This document shows, piece after piece, positions 41,732-51,451 of a stretch of DNA of 64,000 nucleotides. Source of the DNA: Bigelowiella natans CCMP2755 (taxonomy: Eukaryota; Protista; Cercozoa). The first letter of the stretch is position 1, and every line of letters begins with the position of its first letter. The position numbers and the translations under genes were made by a program. Below the pieces are notes generated by a model that saw nothing but the letters and a program-made list of their open reading frames with translations, was not told the origin of the DNA and made no database searches. The stretch is taken from positions 6,446 through 70,445 of the forward strand of contig ADNK01000171.1 of the NCBI GenBank assembly GCA_000320545.1. The letters run 5' to 3'.

Positions 41732-43129
41732 ATTGCATTGCAATTTGTCTTGTAGATGGTTGAGATCTTTCGCTGTTGTTTTGACTCAAAATTCCGTTTT
41801 GGGGTGGAGTGTTGTTGCCACATTTTGGAAGTGACGAACAGTTTCCTTGGTGTATCATAGCATTAGTTTAGTCGTGGTCGTTTTTTTGTGTCAAAAAAAC
41901 TTGACATTCGATCAGTCCGTGATTCCACTTCAGTTTTCATTGCCCTCTTTCCAACCGTTGCGTTCATGCATTTCTGCAAGCACAGCTAGACAGCACAGCA
42001 CGAGCCCATGTGATGTCACAGCTCCACAGCTACTGCAGCATTTGCCACTCGATCAGTGCATCAGATGCATTGTCACGCGTGCCATGCATGGCCATGCCAG
42101 CATGTGTGGCGAACGTGTGCACACAGCACACAGCACACAGCACTGTGACGTGCATGTCACAGAAAATTGCAGCATCGCCATCTACACATCGCATCTACGA
42201 GCCAATTGCGCTGGCATGCCAGCACGCCGCGCCAGCGCAGCGCGTGTCTGCAGGATCGGAGATGATGGACACAGCAATGATGTAGCGCGTACCACTACGC
42301 GGGCACAAGTCACGTGCGACAACAAAGGGGTTGTCGCGGATATAGAATATAGATAACGTAGATATTAATACAGCATAGGCACGTGGGTTCCGGCGGGACT
42401 CATGGCAGCACACCGGAAGTGTGCTGCCCCACGTGCGGCGGCATTCGCGAAAGCTTCGCGAATGATTACGCAGTGCACGATTTAATAAAAATATAATCTT
42501 TAATAAAAATAAACACAACTCTTCAAAAGGAAGCAAACGTGCCTTTCCCCCCCCCTGCCTACTTGTGCACGTAGCGCCTCGGCCTGTGAACACCTTACGC
42601 GCAACAATGATTGTCCATCATGCAGTGAACAATGATGTCAACTCTGACATGCGCGCCTCGATCATGATGATGCCGAGCGAAGGACGGGACGACTTCATTT
42701 GCACGTTCACTGTGTGATCGATTGCATTGCTTGGCTTGTGCTTTTGACCACCCCATCACTCAGCAGCTAGCAGTGGCGTGTGTCACATCAATCGCTCTGG
42801 CCTCGCACTTAGTGCCAGTTTGCGCCACCCGAACGCACTTGTCGCAGATGGAAGACGCCACTGCACACCGTTGTCGTACGGAGTTGTCGCAGGACAAAAA
42901 CGCCATGCACAAGCACAAATTTGCAACTTTATTGACCGGCAGATCTAGCCTCAAATGAGCATGGTGGGCGCAGGACTGCCGGTGAGCGCAGTGTCGATCA
43001 TCCCGGATGGGCCAATTCTCACTACAAAAGTCAAATTTGTGTAATTGCTAAGCTTTGTTTTTTGTGTCGTTGTGTAACAAAGCCACCTCCTCCGCCGACT
43101 AAAGCAAAGGACGAATCTTTATCTAAGTA

Positions 43130-44468
43130 ATGGCGCGCGAAACACACAGTGCACATCAGTAGTGCAATGAGAACCTAAATCATTTTTTCAAAACTTTTTA
43201 AGGGTTCTAGAATTCTTGTATCTTGAACGATTTCATCTCTACTAGGAGAGAAAAGTTGCAGGCCATTTTCAACTACTTTGACATAGACAATGATGGAATT
43301 CTAAATGCGAAAGAGTTCACAGAGTTCGTGAATGCACTATTTGCGTGTGGGCAGGATGAAGAAATCGAAGAGGTAAGGATATTGTTCTTGAACTTTCCTT
43401 GCTACCGATCCAGTTATTATTATTATTGTTTCAACAGGAGCAATATCCAGATCTTGCCTTAAGTTTCGGCGCAGACCCCAAGATTGGAATACGTTTAGAA
43501 CACCTTCGACGAGCATATGAAGAAGAAAATGTACCACACCTTAGGGACCGTCAAATGTGCTGAATTAACGATGAGTTCTATAAAGGGGGACGTTGACGGA
43601 GATTTCGAAAAGCTCGAGTTAGATGCTTCAGTTTTGAAAAGGATTCCACTTAAGTGAGAGTTTGCCCAAATTTCAACTGATTCAAAAGCTGAGTGATCTT
43701 CAATTTTTTTTAAGGAAATCGCCCACTGAATCGAAAATTAATTGTCTCAAGTATGACACCACTTTCGAAACCATAGATGAAATAGCATTGAAAGTTAACA
43801 TGATTTCATCAGATACGAAGAAAAGAAAAATAGTCCTACAAAAGGTGAGACAGAATGACTTGGCAAACCCAATCTCACTTTGATTGAAATTTCTAACACA
43901 ATCGTCTTGATTGATATGCAGGAATCCTGAAAGCTGGTGAGGTGCAAAAACGAGGAATTTTCAACACAAAGTACAAAATTCGACACATGCAGCTCGAAAA
44001 GTTGAACGGACGAGCCTTTATAGTGTACTACAAAAATAAAAATAAAGGACACGCAGGTATTTTAATTTCGCTATTCCTTTGAAACCAATGTAATGAAGTA
44101 ATGAAGTCATTCTGATGCACAAGGTCAAATTTTACTGGACAAAGCTGAAATTGAAGTGGATCAAAGAAATCCAAAAAATTGGAGGATCAATACAAATAAA
44201 AGGACATTTCACTTAAAAAGTATGAGCAAAGAGGTTCTCTCCAAAAGTCCTGTTTGATTAGCTGAACGATGGTGATTTATTTTTGCTTTCTCAACAGGAG
44301 AGAGAAGAGTGGCTGTTAGCTGTAATGAAGCTGTGTGGTGACTTAGTAACAATAAAAGGAAGCTTCAGATCTCCAGGTGCCAACTCGCAAAACTTAAGCG
44401 ACATCACATCCTCCCACTCAACCGTCACTGTCACGCCAAAAGGAAGTTCTAGCATAGGTCAACCATGA
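43130..44468 (+). CDS. EF-hand + PH domain protein
   Basis: EF-hand: LQAIFNYFDIDNDGILNAKEFTEF. PH domain: ILKAGEVQKRGIFNTKYKIRHMQL..IVYYK..GQILL..RTFHLK..EREEWLLAV. Confidence 0.85.
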
Positions 44469-44924
44469 CCAGCTTGAAGCCCAAAAGCCGATGCACATCC
44501 GGCACGAAACTACATAAGTGCGATGTCCATTTCCACATGATAATGTAATGTTGCTCGTGTAATTTATAGTTCAAGCATGATCAACGCCAGTAATTGAGCT
44601 TCCATAGTGCTAGGTCCATACTAGAAAGAAGGTGAAAGCGTGAAAATTCGTATTGCATGCTCACACGCACACACTCTAGACACTAGCTGTTCATGTCACA
44701 CATCAGGTCTGATGATGTGCTTGCATGCATTGCTAATGTCTAGATGTGCAAGCGATCGATGTGGACGGTGCCTACGCCTACTTTTCTAGTTTTATATTAC
44801 ATGACATGTGCAGCAAGCGCGGCAACACATCTAGACATGTCTAGATGTGTGCTACTGTGCACGTACATCAGATAGTAGCTAACATGCCTTGCATTAGCAG
44901 TGACATGTAGCACATCTATGCACA

Positions 44925-44944
44925 CATGCTAGCTAGCTAGCATG
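44925..44944. other. 20-bp perfect palindrome CATGCTAGCTAGCTAGCATG in a convergent intergenic spacer
   Basis: Directly visible. Related (CTAG)n motifs lie at 17597, 29884, 34669, 53363 and 62876. Confidence 0.8.
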
Positions 44945-45369
44945 CGCGTGCCATCAAAATTTCCCCGATGTCATTTTTGTAACAGCACTCATGACAATGG
45001 GGTGGTCTTATGCGACATAGTTGCTCCATAAAATCGTAACATATCAAGTTAGTCGAACTCACACATCCAGTGATAGTGCAGAATATTGTGCTGAAGGAAG
45101 AAACCTTAGTACGTGCTGTATCCTCATGTTTCATGCTTAGCAAATGTTATTAGCCACGATTTTGCGTTACACTGTGCCCCAATGAATGGCATGCGATGAC
45201 AATTGTTGTTTTTCACGCCTGTCTAGGTACATGTCAGTCAGCATACAGACATTCATACGCCGACAGCAATATCAACGAACTATCCGTATACGCACAATTC
45301 TTTCACTGCATGCGCTACATGCATTTGATATGATGGCCAAGTATTTTAACACGAACGCCCAGTTATCAG

Positions 45370-46674
45370 TCACGATTTAGATCCCATAATCGACATGTAT
45401 CGACGTGTGTCTGTAGAGCTAATTTTTTGTAACGGCCCTACACCTTCCGTGCTGTTGTTGCTTGACCCAACAAGGTCTACGACACGGATATCTACTTCTT
45501 TCAATCCACATTTTAATCTCTCTTCATTCACCAACTTTCCACCCTTTTCACTTTCCCTCGAGACTACAAGAGTAGTCAAATTAGCTATTGTAATGGAGGG
45601 CCCAAAAGGATCTTCTAAGGGGCTGATACTAATTTGCAAGCTCGGTTCTAATAAACTCATGAGACGGCGTACTTTCAGTTCACGGATACTGAATGGTTGA
45701 ATGTACTCCTTGAAGGCCTTCTCCTTGAGTAGAGGACCGGAGGCAAGCCCCAACGTGATTTGTCCTCCCTCTACCCCCGCCTCGGCAGCGATTGCCGCAC
45801 ACACAGAGAGAAGCAGTTTATGCCCTGCGTGTAGGTGATCAAAGGTGCCACCGACACATACATGCTGCTTGGTATTAGTATGTATTCGGGGTACGGTAGC
45901 GTCTTCCTCGAGCGCAGCACCAAGATTCGGCCCAGCAATTATCGTCTCTACTTCGGGAACAGGAAGTCCACGTTGGCGTCTTCGTTCGATGACTTCATTG
46001 GTTTCATCCATCCCGCCGGGGACGAAGCCCCCGTTAGAATGAATGTCGTAAAAAGAGTTTACATTTTCTTCGGAAAGAAACCGCTGCAGTGGCTTCTCAA
46101 AGAGAACCGTAATATCAAAGGTCGGGGGGAATTTTCGACCGAAGGCCAGGTTCTGCGTGATTCCATAATATATGCGATACAGCCTTTCGGCTTGAATAGA
46201 GCTCATATTCCTTGGTGTAGGATGTAAGCCAAGGTAGAAGGAGTCCAATTCGTCTAGCTTCTGGAATATATCTTCTAAAGCGTCTAGCTGGTCTTGATGG
46301 CTTAATCTCATGTCCAGATTTGCACAAATCGCTCTCTGTGTACCGTAGCTCTGCTCTTCCGGTGGAATCGACGATGAAACTCTTCGAAGTCCTTTTTGCC
46401 CAGACGAATAGCTACGAATCAAAGATGGAAACCAAGACTTGGATCCACATTGTGCTCTTACTGGCAGATTCGAAAGCTTCGAAAGAGCACCGGTTGAGCG
46501 ATGCCGGCGGGCTCCGGGTCCGGACAGAGATAGTGCACGCCGGATTCTGAAATATCTGTAGTTGCTGATGGCACGCTCCATCGAAGTCGTCGTTCTGGCT
46601 TTGAGTCTTGGACACAGGAGCGTGAGGAGGAGCAGGCCCGTCGGCGGGGGTCCGCCCCGGAAGCGCGGGATCAT
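45370..46674 (-). CDS. COAD: Phosphopantetheine adenylyltransferase (eukaryote-type PPAT), intronless, with N-terminal targeting-like extension
   Basis: Motifs: VGGTFDHLHAGHKLLL (HxGH), PLEDPFGPS, LVVSRESEKGGKLVNEER and KISSTDTR. Confidence 0.9.
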   Translation of the reverse strand: MIPRFRGGPPPTGLLLLTLLCPRLKARTTTSMERAISNYRYFRIRRALSLSGPGARRHRSTGALSKLSNLPVRAQCGSKSWFPSLIRSYSSGQKGLRRVSSSIPPEEQSYGTQRAICANLDMRLSHQDQLDALEDIFQKLDELDSFYLGLHPTPRNMSSIQAERLYRIYYGITQNLAFGRKFPPTFDITVLFEKPLQRFLSEENVNSFYDIHSNGGFVPGGMDETNEVIERRRQRGLPVPEVETIIAGPNLGAALEEDATVPRIHTNTKQHVCVGGTFDHLHAGHKLLLSVCAAIAAEAGVEGGQITLGLASGPLLKEKAFKEYIQPFSIRELKVRRLMSLLEPSLQISISPLEDPFGPSITIANLTTLVVSRESEKGGKLVNEERLKCGLKEVDIRVVDLVGSSNNSTEGVGPLQKISSTDTRRYMSIMGSKS

Positions 46675-47114
46675 TTAGAGGAGAAGGATGGGGTCCAATG
46701 CTCGCGCATTCATCACAGTTGCCATTGTTTCGGTACGAGTAGGAACTTACCTCGAGTTGCTCGTTGAGCCTCCAACGCTTGGTTGTCGCAGTACGGAAAT
46801 GGGACCCTTTTTAAATCCCGTTAACCGCGTCGAGGCAAAAATAAAACTTTAAAAAACTCTGGAGAATCTCGAGATGGTTTGGCCAAACCAGCAGCAGCCT
46901 GTAACTCCAACATCCCTCTCGTTGGTGGAACTGCTACCGCAAAGGGACGGAAGGGGGGGACAGGACATGCACGAGTGGAGGCTTGAGGAACTCTTCTCCG
47001 AGATCCAATACAGTATGGTTTTTTAGCTCCTTTTGTGTGTGAATGCTTTTGTCCCAATCAGTCCCTTCACATTGTTCTGTAATTACAAGGTGAGAATGGG
47101 GACTTTGACGAGCG

Positions 47115-48908
47115 ATGTCGAACAGTGGAGAAGTACCTCCAAATGGATTCAACTCATTACCAGATAAAGCGAGCAGTAAAGGTGAAGTAAACCTTGAACC
47201 TTCTTCATTCTTGTCTCATTCCTCCAAATTCCAGGAAAATTTAATGTCCGCCAACTGCGAGCCTGGCAATGTCCATGAATACGTTAGGAAACTCCTCGCA
47301 GAGACGGGTAGAATATTATCATGTTGAAAAATTGACAGTAACTAACGTTTTCCATCTCTAACGATAAATATGATCCGCTAAATGTAGAGCTGGGTGTGGT
47401 ACTGAGAAATAGAATCTATGAGCTTGACGAAGACGCAAAGAAGAGACCTAGGTTGTTTAAATTTTTAACAAACATCAGCGGGATTTACTTACTACTTTCC
47501 CCATGCATGAGAATAAGACCTGAATTGACATTCAATTTCCTTGACAAAAAGGCTTCCATCCAAAGAACTGATGCCCAGATTCAAACCGATAAGAGAGCAA
47601 CTCGATGTCGTTGATATGGCAAGAATACAATGGGACAGCCGCCTCAAAACGGAGCTTCGATCGCTTCTTAACAAGCTTTCACGTCCCGCAGTGAGATTAA
47701 GAGGAGGGAAACTGAACGACGATGGATTCACTGTTCGGTTCATATTTACTTCAGAAGATCTACTCGAAGTGATTCTAGCAATCAAGAACCCTAATTTTTC
47801 TGGCACGTTCACAAAGCATGTGGGTTGGAACCTCCTGCAGTTGCAGCTTCAAACTCCCACGGTCGAAGAGCTTCGCTCCAAATACAGAGAGCTCAGCCCA
47901 GATATAAGGCAGATGGGCGTCGACGATACTATATATGGCTCTGAATGGTTTGGCGCAGAAAGGGAGCGCACTGGCGCATCTCTGGCGAACGCAGGCTACA
48001 TTCCGCACCTCAAGAATTTCGCGAAAACGGGAGTGCCGAACTCTCTTCGACCTGCACTCTGGGGAAGAATATTAGGATGCAACCCGACTCCAAAGGACCT
48101 TCATCGTTACAAACTCTTGCGGCAAAATCTTGCATCTCTGGATGTCGCAAGCGATTCTCTCTTCCGCTTCGATGTTCAAGAGACTACAGACAATGACGAG
48201 TTCTTCGTGTTCTCAGACCCACTTAACGAGGCTATGTTGATATTCTCCCGGGACAATCAGGTTCGATCTTTATGCTCCCTTGAGCCCACGACTGCCGTCT
48301 TAGAAGTCAAGGCTCCCAGTCCCCTCGACGGCAGCTCATCGGCGGAGACGGCGGAAACGGCGGAGACGACGGCGCCGGATGCAAAAAAGATTGCGATCCC
48401 CCCTTGTGGGATCATCCCATTCTATCAGCTTTCACTCATAGCAGCTCCCATCTGTTTCATACATGCTGACGTTGAGCATATATACTACATGTGGCGCGCG
48501 ATGTACTGTCGTTATTTTTGCCGCCTGCATATCATAAGCTCGCAGAAGGATACAATTTACTACCTGGCCAAAACGTTCGAAGATTTGCTTTCTACGGCGC
48601 ACCCGAAGGTGTACTATCACGCTGTCAGCATCGGAGCTCATCCTCTTCGAACAGTTTTCCCATGGATTTTCACCGCCTTCGCTGGAGTTTTACCAGTATT
48701 TCAGGTCCTTCAGGTCTGGGACCGAATTATAGCGTACAACACCTTAGAGTTGCTCCCCACGTTAGCAGCAGCTATATATTTGTTCCGTGCCGATCGTGTC
48801 CTCGAGGCGAAATCTGCTAATGAAGTTCATTCGATCTTCAAGGAGACCGTTCACATTCAAGCTATCCCGTTACTTCAACATTTCCTCTTCTCGAAAGGCA
48901 AGACGTAG
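47115..48908 (+). CDS. TBC1D19: TBC (Rab-GAP) domain protein, TBC1D19-like
   Basis: Motifs: ARIQWDSRLKTEL, DLLEVILAIKNPNF, GVPNSLRPALWGRILG, DNDEFFVFSD, PPCGIIPF and WIFTAFAGVL..LQVWDRI. Confidence 0.85.
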
Positions 48909-49749
48909 GAGTCAGCTGGTTCTCAAGCTCTTTAATCGGCAGATATCGCCCTGCTCCGCTATCCAAGTTAAATGAAACTTTTATGTAAATAAGTTGTGAT
49001 AAGATTTGTAAAACGAACCTGATTTCACATCCCTGAATTATTGCTGATGGCCAGCATGTATCACGCACATATCATTGACTGAACCGTATGTATCGTTAAG
49101 CCCGGGCTATACACAACCGCACGTGACTGCAATGACGATCGTCATGTCGCTGCATCGCCATCTACTGCCAAACCATGTGCAATTATAATTTACGCAAACG
49201 CGCGGGTCAAATGAAGACTACATAATTAGATGGAAGAAAGGCGTGAAAGAGAGACGAACTGATCCAGTAAGTATATAAGTATAAGTTATAAAGTTATATA
49301 TAGTTTTCCGCGCGCGCAGTGCCACGATGCAACACTTGTAGTCGAGTTCAAAGTACGTAATATCGCGAAGTAGTTCCATTCCAATAAATAGCTACATAAG
49401 AGCAACTGTAGTAGGAAACATTTAAATGCTTATGCGTACGCTCGTCTCATGTATATGCCATGATGAGCACACAAAGACCATGGTCTATCGACTATGCCAC
49501 ATTGCTATGTAAATATAAGTGTTGAGCATGTATAATAGATAGATTCGCATCGAACCCAATTACAACTCCATCCTCATGGTAAGCATGGTAAGGATAACAT
49601 TGTAACATGGCAACAATTACAGCAACGCTCAGCATATAATGCATGTGATCTATGTTGTTTCTCTTGCCAATGAAATCCCCCTGCTTCAGATTTAGGATTT
49701 TGTATAGTAATCTAGGAAAAGCCTCCATATGGTAAACTGTGGTTACTGA

Positions 49750-50634
49750 CTAGAAGCGCAATCCAGCAGTGAACCCAAGAGTAAATCCAGCAACGTTCGG
49801 CAAACCGTAAGACAGCACTGAACATGATATGCAATACATTAAACCTGTCATGCAAACATTTGGAAAATATGTACCCTTTTTGACTTTTTTCCAAACGACG
49901 ATAAGATCCTTTGAGTCGACTTTTCCTGTGATGTCATTCCAACAGCAAGAATGTTACGCAAACACAATTAAAACCAGCAGGACTCTTACCGTCGTTGTCA
50001 AGGTCCATGGTCTTCTGGAACTTCTTATTTAGCTCATCGTATGGAATCTTTATGTATCCATTGTATGAGGCAACCTTAAAAATACGATTGCACAGCATCA
50101 GCAAATAATGAGTCTCTCGTTTCCAACACGAAATATATTGCGTGCACCTGCAGAAGAATGAAACCCATTCCAACGAAGTAGGCTGCTTGTTTCGCGAGCT
50201 GTTTTGTTGCATATCCTGAAAAGGCACGCAGGCGTTTAACATGTGGCATTCTAATGTCTACTGATATATCATGACCTGCACAGGCGCCCGCTAATCCTCC
50301 GAGTGTAATCTCCTTTCCGACATGCATAAGGATAACCTGAACCCGCAAAGTTCTTAGTCACACTGACAACATTCCCGATAAAATTCGTGCCTATAACCTT
50401 CATGCCATCAACTTCATCGTCATCCTCTTTTTCTTCCCCGCCACCGGGCAGACCCTTGCATTCCTTCTGCGGGCTGCTGTACAGGAGCGCAGGGAGGGTC
50501 AGAGACGGAAAGCCCTAATCCCAATAACAAACCCATGATCAGCAAAACAATGTTGCACGAAATTCATCAATACTGCCACATCCCCGCACCTTAGCTTTGG
50601 TCAGAAATAACTGCACGGCGTGGTTGAGGTCCAT
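49750..50634 (-). CDS. FUN14-family (FUNDC-like) mitochondrial outer-membrane protein
   Basis: Spliced sequence: EITLGGLAGACAGYATKQLAKQAAYFVGMGFILLQVASYNGYIKIPY..DLDNDGKVDSKD..LPNVAGFTLGFTAGLRF*. Confidence 0.88.
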
Positions 50635-51104
50635 GGAGGGGGAAGGAAGGCCAGAGATCAGATTTGGTGTGCGACGGATGCAAGTGTTTCCAGTGTCGGT
50701 AAAAATTCAAAAAAACCATCGCGTTTCTTTTTCGCGACAACAAAACGCTTGCGTTTTGTGGTGTAACCAGCCGCTTTTGTTTTGCCGCGATCATCATCAG
50801 GACCGTGCGCGATTGCACAGCCTCTTTGGATCGTGCGACATGGAATGAGATCGTGAAACGGTCAGGTAGTGGCCTATGGCCAAGTCGCATGACAAAGATC
50901 TCCTACATCATTGCATCATCATGGCACTTTTCGAGTGATCTTGCTGTTTCGGAACATTCCTAGCAAATTCTTTCTCCTTCTGATGCTTGCCGAACTCCAT
51001 GTGTGCTAGTAGTGGTGTCTCTGTCTTCCACAGACTCAAAACTCAATCGCCGGTGAAGGCGCTCAAAACACACTAAATGGGGTATGAAGACTCCCGCATG
51101 TTTC

Positions 51105-51189
51105 GATCTCCATTCGGTAAATGGGCCTGGTTCAGTAGCAGTAAGAGTTACTGAAACCAGGCTGTGAGGTTCGACTCCTCACGAGATCA
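51105..51189 (+). ncRNA. tRNA-like cloverleaf (tRNA mimic, not a canonical tRNA)
   Basis: Stems: GATCTC(51105-10)/GAGATC(51183-88); T-arm GTGAGG-TTCGACT-CCTCAC; D-like CATT-CGGTA-AATG; and a 15-bp elongated arm (51125-51162) with a 7-nt loop. Discriminator-like A at 51189. Confidence 0.6.
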
Positions 51190-51190
51190 C

Positions 51191-51399
51191 GGGGAGGTAA
51201 ACTCGATTGTCACCACGGTGCACTTTCGATTCCCTACCTCCCACAAGGCCTAAAGGAGGCCCACTAGTTGGGTCTTATAAGGTTCCGACCGCTTCCTTTA
51301 GGTGGCTACTGGTGTGGGATGAGGGGCCAGTTGAAGCTAAGGGTTTTTTAAGCCCATACTCTCTATATATGATTTTCGTCCGGCAAAGTTTACCTCCCT
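51191..51399 (+). ncRNA. Multi-branched structured RNA domain in the 5' leader of ORF 51452
   Basis: Closing helix GGGAGGTAAACT(51192-203)/AGTTTACCTCCC(51387-98). Nested helices: TCCCACA/TGTGGGA, CCTAAAGGA/TCCTTTAGG, CCCA/TGGG, GGT/ACC and GGGTTT/AAGCCC. Confidence 0.55.
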
Positions 51400-51451
51400 T
51401 TGCGCGGATTTTTTAACATGACGAGGGAATGAAACAAAAGTATCAAAAATT

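Noticed and set aside
51105-51189. Canonical tRNA gene (Leu-TAA from the loop centre)
   Set aside because: The 6/6 stem split, truncated D-arm, 15-bp anticodon arm and non-canonical anticodon loop do not fit; kept only as a tRNA mimic.
51005-51410. Known riboswitch, ribozyme, SRP, RNase P/MRP or telomerase RNA
   Set aside because: Diagnostic conserved motifs and a telomere template were not found by eye; Infernal is needed to exclude them formally.
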